Below, in pieces: positions 28,111 through 38,142 of a DNA stretch of 55,453 nucleotides (positions are counted from its first letter, which is position 1; every line of letters starts with the position of its first letter). The position numbers were made by a program, and so were the translations under genes. This DNA is from a virus (Duplodnaviria; Caudoviricetes), in the IMG/VR virus record IMGVR_UViG_3300023171_000001, positions 1-55,453 of that record; one strand, written 5' to 3'. The notes beneath the pieces are model-generated. The model worked only from the letters and a program-made list of their open reading frames with translations, had not been told where the DNA came from and searched no databases.

Positions 28111-31100
28111 ATGCAAGTTGAAAATATCATTATTACCAGGAGGGACGGAAGTATTGAACCGCTGGTTTCTTACCTGGCAAATACCGTTATCACCACCGCA
28201 GAACAAAGGAAGGCTTTGTTGGGTGAAGACGTGATTGTTATTGAAGTTGTTTCTGCTACCGAACGGGGTTTTGGTATAGGCGACAAAATGGAATTTGGTG
28301 GCGAAGTTTATAAAATTAACCAACTTCCAACCCTTACAAAACTACAAGAAAGGAGGTTTAAATATACCTTGATTTTTGAGGGTGTCCAATATGATTTGAT
28401 TAGAGCTATTTATTTTAATGATGATGTTTCACATTTTAATACGTCTTCTGAATTCAATCTTATTGGTGATATGAAAATGTTTTTGGACTTAATTATTAAT
28501 AATGCCGAACGTGTTTTTGGAAGTGGTAGTTGGGTGTTAGGCGGTTATCCTTTAGGAACTGAAACCAAAAATCTGTCATTCTCAAAAGAAAACAGCCTGG
28601 AAGTACTTCAGAAACTTTGTGAAGAATACAATCAGCAATTCAGTATTCAACGCTATGCTGGTTATAATATCCTAAGTGTGTCAAATATTGGTGATCTGGT
28701 AGACTTGACTTTTGAATTCGGCAAAGGAAAAGGTTTGTATGAGATCACTAGAACAAAGGTTGACAACTCTAATTTAGTTAACTACTTATACGCATACGGT
28801 TCGGAAAAAAACCTGAAGTCAGATTATAAGAATTATTCAAACCGTTTGGTATTAGGTGACGGAATAACACCTTCAGCAATTTTTGACGCTGACAGTATTG
28901 CGGCTTATGACAAGTTTGAAGGTATTATTACTTTTGATGATATTTTCCCCAACCGTACGGGGTCAATCACTGGCATCAATGCCAATAAAAATATCTTTGT
29001 TGATTCAACTTTTGATTTTGATATTAATGCTACTTCAGGCGGTACCACTACCTATTTGATTGCTGGAAATGCTGCAAAAATCCACTTCAATACGGGAAAT
29101 CTCGCAGGCTATGAATTTGAACTGGCCAGTTACAACCATTCGACTAAAACATTCACTTTGAAGCCATACAAAGATGAACGTTCAATGGTTTTTCCTTCGC
29201 CTACAGAATCCGCTTTTCAAATGCAAGTTGGTGACGAATATGTAATTCTTGACATAATGTTGCCTAGCAGCTATGTTGATGCCGCTGAAGATTTACTTCT
29301 TGCAAAAGCAACTGAATATTTAGATGCAAACAAAAACCCGCTGGTACAATATGAATTAACTATTTCAGAAGACTTTCTTGAAAAGAAAGCTGACGATTTC
29401 AACGTTTTTAAGCTTTCGGATAGCGTCAGAATCATTGACAATGATATGCTGATTGACGATTATATTAAGATTATCGGCTTCACTAGAAGCGTATTAAGGC
29501 CATACAAATACAAACTTTCTATTTCTGACCTCCCAGACACAAGTTCTATTTTGTCCCTGGTAAGAGAAACCAAAACTTTGAAAGCACTTGCCAGGCTTAA
29601 CAAACTTGAAGACGCTAACAAGGCAAAGCAAAACTGGAAAACTGACAGCCAAATCAATACTGACTTCAGCAATGCGTTGGCTGACCTTGATGTGTGGTAT
29701 GTGGACGGCAACGACATGACCGTCAAACAAACAATAGGCGGAAAAACAGGAAATTTTGATTTTGGAATATTAAGAAATGGCGTTGAAAAGGTAACTGTAA
29801 AGTCAACTTTGGTTGAATTTGCCGACGCTATCAAAGCAACCAACCCAGCACTGGCCACGGCATTAACAAAAGTATTAGTTGATGATTCTGGAACCTTAAA
29901 AACCAGAACATTAGCCCAGTTGATAAGTGACACAGCCGCCTGGATTAATGGCGGCATCATATTAGCAGCCAAAGGGTTTTTGGGTAGTTCTTCAGGTGCT
30001 TATGATATTGGAATTGTGCGGGCAAACTCTGAAAAAATAACAATCAAGGCCGCACAGGTTGAAGTTTTGACAGAATTAAAAGCGGTGAATCCAGCAATGG
30101 CCACAACACCAACAAAAATTGTAATTGACGACGGTGGAGTTTTTAAGACACGAACACCCGCACAAATATTAACCGATATAGGTGCAGGTTCTGGTTCTTC
30201 TGGTTCTCCTGTAGTTGGCGGGGCAATAGTGCCAACAAAAATAGTTGCAGCCTCCAAAAGTGTTGAAGCTTTGACTGGTATGCCAGTTGTAGGAGGTGCA
30301 AGTTTGAAGCCTGACGATCTTGTTTTATTAATGGGTCAATCAACAAAATCTGAAAATGGTATTTGGCAAGTTGGAAGCAGCTGGCAAGGAAGAACTTTTT
30401 CTTCAAGTGGACTTGCTGGATTAAGCTTTTCAAATGGACTGTTTTTTGCCATGCCTAGTGCTTATACAGCGGGGTTTGTTTCAAGTCCTGATGGAATTAA
30501 TTGGACTGGTAGAACAGTACCCTATACTGGATTTTGGCTAGATGTTAATTATGGTGCAGGAGTTTGGGTGATTGTTGGAAGCAGTTTCCCTTCTTGTATA
30601 GCGACAAGTACCGACGCTATAACATGGACACCTAGAACACACCCAACCGCAGCGGCTTACAACAGTATTGCTTTTGGTGCTGGGTTATTTGTAACGGTAA
30701 CGGCTTCAGCTGTTACGAATAGAATTGCAACAAGTCCTGACGGAATCACGTGGACGGATAGAATGGCCGTGGAGAATTCACCCTGGGCAGATATAATTTT
30801 TGCAGGCGGCCAGTTTGTTGCAGTAACAGAAAGTGCAGTAACATACACCGTAATGACCAGCCCCGACGGTATTACATGGACGGGAAGGACGGCACCTGAA
30901 TTAACTGGTTATCAAGAAATAACTTATGGCAACGGTCTTTATGTTTTAGTTGGTTATTCTGGAAGCAATAGAATAATGACAAGTCCCGACGGTATTACAT
31001 GGACAGTAAGAACCGCACCAGCCTTAAATAACTGGGGTGGACTTGCTTTTGGAAACGGTTTGTTTGTTGCTGTTTCTAGTACTGGAACTACTAGAAGTAT

Positions 31101-31581
31101 GACAAGTGTAGACGGTATTACATGGGTTCTAAAAGCTGCTTCTGCGGCAAATCCCTGGGATGGTTGTGCTTTTGGTAATAATATATTTGTGTCAACTTGT
31201 GCTACTGGAACTAATAAGATTCAAACCTTAGATGGTGCATGGATTAGACCAGCTGCACACGATTCTGATGCAGAATTAAGAGGAAAATATTATCAGATCA
31301 CAAAAGGCGACTTCAAAGACTTGCTGTTTAAAAATTCAAATACTTCAACAATAGCTGTTAATACAACTGACATTACCTATATTGATTATCTGAACGCTGC
31401 GGCTTATAATCTTGCGGCAGCTTTAGTTGATTCAAATGGTGATTTGCGAGTTTTAAACTATACTTCTACTGAAAAAGCTGCATTAGTAAGCCCGCAAAAA
31501 GGGAAAGTTGTTTTTGACACAACAATTAATAAACTTTGTGTTTATACTGGTTCTGCCTGGGAAACAATCACAAGTACTTAA
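28111..31581 (+). CDS. Baseplate hub/Tal-like tail protein with a C-terminal beta-propeller adhesin
   Basis: FEFGKGKGLY.I.R, YAYGSEKNL, FDDIFP.RTG and HFNTGNLAGYEF, then ~7 TSPDG.TWT repeats. Confidence 0.85.
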   Translation: MQVENIIITRRDGSIEPLVSYLANTVITTAEQRKALLGEDVIVIEVVSATERGFGIGDKMEFGGEVYKINQLPTLTKLQERRFKYTLIFEGVQYDLIRAIYFNDDVSHFNTSSEFNLIGDMKMFLDLIINNAERVFGSGSWVLGGYPLGTETKNLSFSKENSLEVLQKLCEEYNQQFSIQRYAGYNILSVSNIGDLVDLTFEFGKGKGLYEITRTKVDNSNLVNYLYAYGSEKNLKSDYKNYSNRLVLGDGITPSAIFDADSIAAYDKFEGIITFDDIFPNRTGSITGINANKNIFVDSTFDFDINATSGGTTTYLIAGNAAKIHFNTGNLAGYEFELASYNHSTKTFTLKPYKDERSMVFPSPTESAFQMQVGDEYVILDIMLPSSYVDAAEDLLLAKATEYLDANKNPLVQYELTISEDFLEKKADDFNVFKLSDSVRIIDNDMLIDDYIKIIGFTRSVLRPYKYKLSISDLPDTSSILSLVRETKTLKALARLNKLEDANKAKQNWKTDSQINTDFSNALADLDVWYVDGNDMTVKQTIGGKTGNFDFGILRNGVEKVTVKSTLVEFADAIKATNPALATALTKVLVDDSGTLKTRTLAQLISDTAAWINGGIILAAKGFLGSSSGAYDIGIVRANSEKITIKAAQVEVLTELKAVNPAMATTPTKIVIDDGGVFKTRTPAQILTDIGAGSGSSGSPVVGGAIVPTKIVAASKSVEALTGMPVVGGASLKPDDLVLLMGQSTKSENGIWQVGSSWQGRTFSSSGLAGLSFSNGLFFAMPSAYTAGFVSSPDGINWTGRTVPYTGFWLDVNYGAGVWVIVGSSFPSCIATSTDAITWTPRTHPTAAAYNSIAFGAGLFVTVTASAVTNRIATSPDGITWTDRMAVENSPWADIIFAGGQFVAVTESAVTYTVMTSPDGITWTGRTAPELTGYQEITYGNGLYVLVGYSGSNRIMTSPDGITWTVRTAPALNNWGGLAFGNGLFVAVSSTGTTRSMTSVDGITWVLKAASAANPWDGCAFGNNIFVSTCATGTNKIQTLDGAWIRPAAHDSDAELRGKYYQITKGDFKDLLFKNSNTSTIAVNTTDITYIDYLNAAAYNLAAALVDSNGDLRVLNYTSTEKAALVSPQKGKVVFDTTINKLCVYTGSAWETITST

Positions 31582-31594
31582 TTATCAATTCAAT

Positions 31595-31948
31595 ATGAGA
31601 AAAGCAACTGAATTTATTGCCAATTTATCACACAGCACCGTCAAACTTTTTTTGATTGGTGCTTTGTTTGTTTCTACGGTGGCTAATATTGTGAATTATA
31701 TCAAGCGAACGAAAGCGTTTGAACGTGGACATATTTCAGGATATGCCGCAGGCCTTGCAAAAGGAAATAGTGATTGTGCGTATAAAATTCAAACCTCCAA
31801 CCAAACAATTCAAAAGGATGCAGAAGAAAAGACAAAGATTTTTTCTGAACCCGCTTCTGATGCTTATAAGCGTTTTAAGCTTAATACAGGTTCAAAAGAC
31901 ACAGGCACAATTTTTCGTGACGGAACAAGAATTAAGAAGGGCAAATGA
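31595..31948 (+). CDS. Putative inner-membrane spanin-like protein
   Basis: Single N-terminal TM, then a periplasmic helix; overlaps the next gene in the lysis region. Confidence 0.45.
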   Translation: MRKATEFIANLSHSTVKLFLIGALFVSTVANIVNYIKRTKAFERGHISGYAAGLAKGNSDCAYKIQTSNQTIQKDAEEKTKIFSEPASDAYKRFKLNTGSKDTGTIFRDGTRIKKGK

Positions 31949-32162
31949 TGCCTTCAGGCAAAGGGATTCTTGTGAAGCTGCGGGTTTTTTGTTAAGCGTA
32001 AAAACCAAAGAACTTGACAATAAAAACAAAGCCCTAACTGATTCCGTTGAAGTTAAAAACACCAGAATTCTAAAGCTGGACAAGAAATTAAGCACTGGCA
32101 AAAAAATTGTCAGTGTTTCTGTTTTAGGTAACATTATTTTACTTTTAATCATACTCTTATGA
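31818..32162 (+). CDS. Putative spanin partner (signal peptide, coiled coil, C-terminal TM)
   Basis: LLMLISVLSLIQVQKTQAQ signal, a coiled coil and a C-terminal VSVLGNIILLLIILL. Confidence 0.45.
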   Translation: MQKKRQRFFLNPLLMLISVLSLIQVQKTQAQFFVTEQELRRANDAFRQRDSCEAAGFLLSVKTKELDNKNKALTDSVEVKNTRILKLDKKLSTGKKIVSVSVLGNIILLLIILL

Positions 32163-33037
32163 ACTTATCAGATTTAAAAAAAATGGAAGACATAGATAAT
32201 ATGTATCTATGTTTCAAACGCAAAGACGGGGTTGACGCTTTTTACAAAATTATTAGTGATGGTACCCTTGTTTATATTGATGAAGCCACAATTGCCCGTT
32301 GGATAACTTGCGACAGTGCCACCGATTTCGCAGGCTTTGGAAAGTCACAGAATCTAACCTTTGATGTTTTCAGTTTAGTTGCACGTCCTGGCGATACTAC
32401 ACAAAACCCTGTCAACAATGTCCCCCAAAATTCAGGGATGAAACAATTGTTGATTCAGGGAATTGACCCAGAACACCCACGCAAAGCAATTGCAGACATT
32501 TCACGCTTTTTTATTGGCGGTTCTGATCTACAAGTGAAGTCTGAAGACAAACTTGAAATCCAGGCCTGTACACATACAATTACAATAGGTGAAGACGTGG
32601 TTTCAACAAAACTGCGGGGCATGGTTCAATACTTGATTGAAGAAATTGAAAGCGGTAGAATCTTAGTAGGGGTTGAGCAAACAGGCACCACAGTACAAGG
32701 TATTTTTGGTGGCCAGTATGGAAATAATCACCCTAGTAAAACATATTTACATAATCTTACTGAAGATTCTACTATTTATACTGAAATCAAGGATTTGCGT
32801 ATTAGAGTGAAAAACAAGGGCAACTTGCCAATTGATTGCTGGATTATGTTTCCAGACACAGAAGAAGGCGAACCAGAAAGGCGTATTTTACGCACTGTTA
32901 TCCCTGTGCAAAACCCAGGAGAAGATAACGAACACGTTATTGATCTGAATGCTAGTGATCTTAATTTAAAAAGTTTAAGTTTTCCTAAGCGTGCTATTAA
33001 AATAAATTTCAATACGGTTCCCCTAAAAGAAATCTAA
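32159..33037 (+). CDS. Hypothetical protein (292 aa) inside the lysis module
   Basis: Long ORF with ATGA overlap; no recognisable motif. Confidence 0.75.
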   Translation: MNLSDLKKMEDIDNMYLCFKRKDGVDAFYKIISDGTLVYIDEATIARWITCDSATDFAGFGKSQNLTFDVFSLVARPGDTTQNPVNNVPQNSGMKQLLIQGIDPEHPRKAIADISRFFIGGSDLQVKSEDKLEIQACTHTITIGEDVVSTKLRGMVQYLIEEIESGRILVGVEQTGTTVQGIFGGQYGNNHPSKTYLHNLTEDSTIYTEIKDLRIRVKNKGNLPIDCWIMFPDTEEGEPERRILRTVIPVQNPGEDNEHVIDLNASDLNLKSLSFPKRAIKINFNTVPLKEI

Positions 33038-33038
33038 T

Positions 33039-33647
33039 ATGAAAACATTAACGATTGACAACTTCATAGATGCCGCCAGGGAACTGGATTGTGAAGTTGC
33101 AATGATAATGGCCTTTGCAGAAACTGAAGCCCCTTCTGGGGGCTTCGATGCAAAAGGCCGTCTTACTATTTTGTTTGAGCCGCATATTTTTTGGCAGCAA
33201 TTGCAAAAGGTTGGAATCAACCCGCAAAAGTTGTTAAAAGATCACCCTGAATATGCTAAGTTTTTATACCGAACGCAAGGTTTGCGGCCTTATCCTGGCA
33301 GTTCAGACGGTGTTTATAATCAGCTTTTAGCAGCTGAAAAAATTCATAAAGAAGCTGCTTTTCGTTCGACTAGTTGGGGGAAGTTTCAATGCATGGGTTT
33401 TAATGCTGAAGAAATCGGCTATAAAGATGTTTTTGAAATGTGGGATGATTTTAAGAATGGCGAAGACGTTCATTTAAAAGGTTTTATAAAATTTATTGTT
33501 AAAAAAAATATTCAAGTACCTTTACGAAATTTAGATTATAAACGGTGTGCTTTGTTGTATAATGGTAAGAAGTATTATGTAAACAAGTATGACGAAAAAA
33601 TCAAAGCAAATCGCCTAAAATACCTGAAGTACAATCACCTAAAATAA
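33039..33647 (+). CDS. Endolysin, N-acetylmuramidase (DUF3380 family)
   Basis: AA.EL.CE.A...A.AETE..SGGF, ILFEPHIF, STSWGKFQ.MGFN, YNG..Y..N.YD.K. Confidence 0.92.
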   Translation: MKTLTIDNFIDAARELDCEVAMIMAFAETEAPSGGFDAKGRLTILFEPHIFWQQLQKVGINPQKLLKDHPEYAKFLYRTQGLRPYPGSSDGVYNQLLAAEKIHKEAAFRSTSWGKFQCMGFNAEEIGYKDVFEMWDDFKNGEDVHLKGFIKFIVKKNIQVPLRNLDYKRCALLYNGKKYYVNKYDEKIKANRLKYLKYNHLK

Positions 33648-34222
33648 TGAATATTCACTTTTTTGTTGTAATTCTAACTATTTTACAAATGCTTATTATA
33701 AAAAACGTCCTCGCAACCTGGAAAATAATTCTTCAAGTAGCTTCAAATGACAAACCAGTTGCCATTTTCTATATCGTGCTTAGTGCTTTGTGGAATATGA
33801 TTGCCAGGAATCTACAGGTAGATTCTTTTTTGTTTTTAATACTTTTTATCCTGGTCGGGATTGATACCCTTTTTGGTGCATTGTTGGCAAAAAAAATGAA
33901 AACTTACGACTGGGATATTTTGAGAAAGAAGGCATTTGTCAAGATGCAGGGTTATATTTATTTTCTACTTTCTTTGTTTTTAGTTACAGCAATGATATTC
34001 ATAGTAAGCTTGAAGGATGGCGAACCCTTCCTTTCGGAGTATATTATGAATATACCAATTACAACAACTTTCTTGTTTTTCGGTGCAATTGAGTTTATTT
34101 CAATAAAAAACAATATTGTCGCACATAGTGGGATAAAAACACCAACTTCTGTAGTTGACAAATTTGAAGCTTTCGTAAAGACGCAAAACCCTACTGAACT
34201 TTTAGACAACAAAAAAGAATGA
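33647..34222 (+). CDS. Holin
   Basis: Several TM segments, ILVGIDTLFG and IEFISI.NN; adjacent to the endolysin. Confidence 0.75.
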   Translation: MNIHFFVVILTILQMLIIKNVLATWKIILQVASNDKPVAIFYIVLSALWNMIARNLQVDSFLFLILFILVGIDTLFGALLAKKMKTYDWDILRKKAFVKMQGYIYFLLSLFLVTAMIFIVSLKDGEPFLSEYIMNIPITTTFLFFGAIEFISIKNNIVAHSGIKTPTSVVDKFEAFVKTQNPTELLDNKKE

Positions 34223-37200
34223 ATACTAAAATTACGATGATTGAAGGTTCACAAAAAAATGTGATTTTCAAATTTCCCTCGCAAGTGGTTAATGTAAGCC
34301 TTTACAATTTTATTTTTGAAATACGCTCTAAAATTCAACGTGATCTTATTGCGAGATTTTCAACTGAAGAAGGTACTTTGCAGAAAAGTGGAAACAATGT
34401 TATCCTATTTATCCCAGCATCAAAAACCAGGGGAATAAATGGTGAGTTTTACAGTCAAATGGGTTTTTTTATAGAGCCTGACGATCTTTTTAAGTTAGAT
34501 GCTAACGACTTCATTATTCAAAAACAGGTACTTGATGATGATTCCGAACCAAATGGCGATTCTGTGTATGATGCCTTACTAGAACAAGAAGTTGACATTA
34601 CAATTCAAGGCGGTTCAGTTGCTACATTGCAAATTCTGAACTTTGGTCTTTTTGGCGGTGGCAGTGGTGGCGGTACTGGTGGGTTAAGTTTTTCTACATT
34701 ACCACCTGGTTACAGCGACATGAACACTGAAATAGCAGTATATCACGTCAGAGAAATAGAAGATGATTCTGCGGCTAATATTATTGTAAACGATTTCTTG
34801 GGAAATGAGTTTTCATGGATTTTTATTGCTGATGCAGAAATTAATTTTATGCGTGCTTATGAAAGCGAAGGCGGTGGAGAAGCTTATGAAGTACTTTGTA
34901 ATTTACCGAAGGGTGGCGTATACTTAGTTTATACAACCGTTTCAAATCTTGTTATTTCTGAAGTACTAGGAGGTGGCGAAGGTGGCAGCACAACAGCATG
35001 GACAAGTGGAACAACAGTTCCTACAGGTGGTAATGATGGCGATTTTTATCTAAGAACCTCAACCTATGATATTTATAAAAAAACTTCGGGAACGTGGAAT
35101 ATTATAATGAACATCAAAGGCGTACAAGGTGATACTGGTGCAGCTGGAACACCTGGAACAAACGGGGCAACATGGTCAAGTGGTTCAATCGTTCCTACAG
35201 GTGGCAATGATGGTGATTTCTATCTGAAGACTGATAATTATGATGTTTACAAAAAAGCCTCTGGTACATGGTCGGTTTTGTTAAATATCAAAGGCGTTCC
35301 TGGTGTTAATGGTGCTACTTGGACAAGCGGAACTTCCGTACCAACTGGTGGAAATAATGGTGATTTTTACCTGAAAGAAGACACGGACGATATTTATAAA
35401 AAAACTTCAGATACCTGGGATATAATTACAAATATCAAGGGAGAACAAGGAGAACCAGGAGAACCAGGAAGTGGAAGCGGTGGAACTGTTTTGTTTGAAC
35501 CTTATCCTGTTACCAGGCAAGTAATAGGCGGTGTAAAAGATACAATCATTGATTATGATGCCATTGAGGTTTACGAAGACTATGAAGAATATGAAGAACC
35601 TAATTTGCTTGAAGCCGTCTTTTTTGATGTGACTTTCAAAGCAAAAGAAGTACCTTATAAAGTATTGAATCCAAATCAAATTCAGCTTCTTTTATTGACA
35701 GGTCAAAGTTTTACTGGATATACCACTATTAGATGCTTGCCTACTCCAATAGGTGGAGCAATTACACCACCAGAAACGCTTTTATCAATTTTTGACACGG
35801 GTGGCAGTTTATTAGATACCGATTCATTAACTGAAGCATTAGAATTTTTGGCCAGTCATACATTTGCTTCAAATACTACTTTTCAGTTCAACACCTCCGA
35901 TGAATACATTATTGAAGAAAAAATTACTATTGACTTTGATAATGGAATTTACGACTTCATTATTAAGAGTATAGAAGGGGAAAAGGCTATTATTGATGCA
36001 GAAAACGCTTTAGGGACATTGATAGAAATTAAAAGTTCTAATGTTAAGATGTCGCAATTGAAACTTCAAAATGCTGATGTTACTAATACGTCAGGTTGTA
36101 TTGTTAGGGTTGATTCAAATACCGAAAATATTGAACTGGATTATATTCACTTCAAGCGGGGTTACTGTGCAGTTAGGGCAACAGGTGTACAAGATGGCGT
36201 TGGTAATGCCGTAACAATTATCGACGGTCTTACAATTACTAATTTCATCGTTGAAGACACCGTGAACGGAAGTTTCCGCTTAGGTAATGGCGTAACCTCC
36301 GACCCCGACAATTTGAACGAAGACCTTGCAAGCAGAACAGATAGCTGGTATGATATGAAAAATGTCACGATTGCAAACGGTGAATTAATTGACAATTTTT
36401 CAAAAGGCAATATCACAGGGACTTCAAGCAAATTCCACGGCCTTTTATTACTCAAAAAGATTCTAGGATTAAGTGTAGAAAACGTTGTTTGTAATAATAC
36501 GGCAGAAGGCTTGATAGTCATAGAAAGTTCTTCTAATGCGGTGGTTGATGGAATCCTTGTTGATGCTTTTGGAACGGCTGGAACCTCAAACATAAGCGGT
36601 ATAAGTGCAAACTATACTGACGGCTTCACATTAATCAATGCTTGTCCAACGGCAAACGCTGACGGTATTGACAAAATTTTGCTTTATGCTACAAAAACCG
36701 ATAACATAAGGCTATATTTTAACACCCTGGTAGCAAATAATTCGGGTGATGTTCCAGCCTCTCTTTTTGAATGTAAGAATTTTGGACACGTTGGAAACTT
36801 ATACAAAAACGTAAATTCTTCACCGTTTAATTTGTATTTAAGGACTGACTTTGGCCATACGCCTAGTATGTCGGACGTTTTGGAAGATCAGTACAATGTA
36901 TATTGTTCGGGTGGCGAATACAACGTAAACGGGTCAATTAAATCGCCTGGTGATGTTGTCAACGTGGAACTAAGAAACAATACAGGCGGGGGACGTTACA
37001 CTATTGCCACGTATTTCGCAGCTTTTGGACTTGGAAACGGAAGTTTGATACCTACGGGGACAGATGTTTTACTTGGTACCAGAACAGACCCAGATACAAC
37101 AACAAGCAAGCCTTATTATTTGACAGCTGGAAGTGTAGGCCGAAACATAGTGCCAGCCGCACAACATTCTATACTAGCTGATGCAAGGGGATATGCAAGA

Positions 37201-37254
37201 ACCTTCCCTTCAGACGCTGGTGCATTGGATAGGGATGCAACCGTTTTAGCTTAA
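34219..37254 (+). CDS. Tail fibre/spike with collagen-like repeats and a C-terminal parallel beta-helix
   Basis: BppU-like N-terminus, three GGNDGDFYL...YD.YKK.SG.W....NIKG repeats with G-X-Y triplets, an Asn/Ile-rich beta-helix and a terminal DARG..R....DAGA motif. Confidence 0.75.
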   Translation: MNTKITMIEGSQKNVIFKFPSQVVNVSLYNFIFEIRSKIQRDLIARFSTEEGTLQKSGNNVILFIPASKTRGINGEFYSQMGFFIEPDDLFKLDANDFIIQKQVLDDDSEPNGDSVYDALLEQEVDITIQGGSVATLQILNFGLFGGGSGGGTGGLSFSTLPPGYSDMNTEIAVYHVREIEDDSAANIIVNDFLGNEFSWIFIADAEINFMRAYESEGGGEAYEVLCNLPKGGVYLVYTTVSNLVISEVLGGGEGGSTTAWTSGTTVPTGGNDGDFYLRTSTYDIYKKTSGTWNIIMNIKGVQGDTGAAGTPGTNGATWSSGSIVPTGGNDGDFYLKTDNYDVYKKASGTWSVLLNIKGVPGVNGATWTSGTSVPTGGNNGDFYLKEDTDDIYKKTSDTWDIITNIKGEQGEPGEPGSGSGGTVLFEPYPVTRQVIGGVKDTIIDYDAIEVYEDYEEYEEPNLLEAVFFDVTFKAKEVPYKVLNPNQIQLLLLTGQSFTGYTTIRCLPTPIGGAITPPETLLSIFDTGGSLLDTDSLTEALEFLASHTFASNTTFQFNTSDEYIIEEKITIDFDNGIYDFIIKSIEGEKAIIDAENALGTLIEIKSSNVKMSQLKLQNADVTNTSGCIVRVDSNTENIELDYIHFKRGYCAVRATGVQDGVGNAVTIIDGLTITNFIVEDTVNGSFRLGNGVTSDPDNLNEDLASRTDSWYDMKNVTIANGELIDNFSKGNITGTSSKFHGLLLLKKILGLSVENVVCNNTAEGLIVIESSSNAVVDGILVDAFGTAGTSNISGISANYTDGFTLINACPTANADGIDKILLYATKTDNIRLYFNTLVANNSGDVPASLFECKNFGHVGNLYKNVNSSPFNLYLRTDFGHTPSMSDVLEDQYNVYCSGGEYNVNGSIKSPGDVVNVELRNNTGGGRYTIATYFAAFGLGNGSLIPTGTDVLLGTRTDPDTTTSKPYYLTAGSVGRNIVPAAQHSILADARGYARTFPSDAGALDRDATVLA

Positions 37255-37287
37255 TCATTTATTTCTTACTTTTAATATTTAATAGTT

Positions 37288-37557
37288 ATGTCAGTAATAG
37301 CAAAAATGCAAGTTGTTTCAGCTTTTCAAGCTACACCAGGCAGTGATTTAGTCACTGTAGAAATGATTCCAGTTTATTCAAACGACCCGAACGACATCAA
37401 CAAGGCGTTTAATGATGCAACCCCGTCAGGTCATTGTAAATTGAATATCCAGGAAGATAAGCCCGCAGCCAAATATTTTGAAGTAGGGGATGAAGTTTTA
37501 ATTAACTTTACGAAGATTGAAAAGAAGGTGCAGAATTTAGAGGAGCCAGTAAGCTGA
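37288..37557 (+). CDS. Conserved phage hypothetical protein
   Basis: V.AK..V ... PVY......N..F..ATPSG...L.I....A..YF..G.E..I.F motif. Confidence 0.75.
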   Translation: MSVIAKMQVVSAFQATPGSDLVTVEMIPVYSNDPNDINKAFNDATPSGHCKLNIQEDKPAAKYFEVGDEVLINFTKIEKKVQNLEEPVS

Positions 37558-37584
37558 TAATTTATATTGATTAGTGATTTTTTT

Positions 37585-37617
37585 AAAAATAGCCCAGATT
37601 GTTGGGCTATTTTTTTT
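37585..37617. terminator. Bidirectional terminator where the two arms converge
   Basis: AAAAATAGCCCA-gattgt-TGGGCTATTTTTTT. Confidence 0.85.
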
Positions 37618-38095
37618 GTCTGTAAGATAAGTATGATAAGTCTATATTATTGCCTTGTAGGTAGTTTTCTATAATGTGTAGGCAATGATTATATCCAACC
37701 CCGAATTCTGCCACAAATCCCTTTTTCCTAAGTTCTGCCAGGCTGTTTTCTTGTTCCTGTATTTGTTCGTCTTTCAGAAGTTCTTCATGTTTTACTTTGA
37801 AGGGTGAATTTACTTTGATTTCAATATAACAGCTATGAAAACGACCAACTGGTTCGTGAATAAGTAAGTCGGGGGTTTTAAAACCGTGCTTTTGTATTAA
37901 GAAGTTCCTAATTTGTTGTGCCTTGCTTAGTTCTACAAAAGCAATAGTATCTGAAGAAAAAAACACTTTTGGATACTTGATTCCAATATACTTGCAGACC
38001 GCTTTTTGAAGTTCAAATTCGGGATAAGTTCGGACTTTCTTGATCTTGACAATTTCGCCAAAAAGATTTGTATCTGGTTCTTTTATCTGTTTCAT
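37607..38095 (-). CDS. VRR-NUC family nuclease (putative Holliday junction resolvase)
   Basis: E..LQ.AV..YI, G...PDL.I.EP......YIEIK, Q......LR..GF. Confidence 0.8.
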   Translation of the reverse strand: MKQIKEPDTNLFGEIVKIKKVRTYPEFELQKAVCKYIGIKYPKVFFSSDTIAFVELSKAQQIRNFLIQKHGFKTPDLLIHEPVGRFHSCYIEIKVNSPFKVKHEELLKDEQIQEQENSLAELRKKGFVAEFGVGYNHCLHIIENYLQGNNIDLSYLSYRQKK

Positions 38096-38099
38096 ATCG

Positions 38100-38137
38100 A
38101 AAAAAAACGGGACTGCAATTGAATCACAGCCCCGTTT
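38100..38137 (-). terminator. Terminator-like hairpin
   Basis: AAAAAAAACGGG...CCCGTTT, giving a U-tract on the - strand. Confidence 0.55.
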
Positions 38138-38142
38138 GTTGA

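Noticed and set aside
27050-31230. Repeats as a diversity-generating retroelement or CRISPR array
   Set aside because: They are in-frame protein repeats. There is no reverse transcriptase, no adenine-specific TR/VR pair and no repeat-spacer periodicity.
12500-36593. Numerous minus-strand ORFs within the structural module (e.g. 12500..13039, 13596..14069, 23017..23493, 29460..29972)
   Set aside because: They are antisense shadows of well-supported + strand genes, with no motifs or initiation context.
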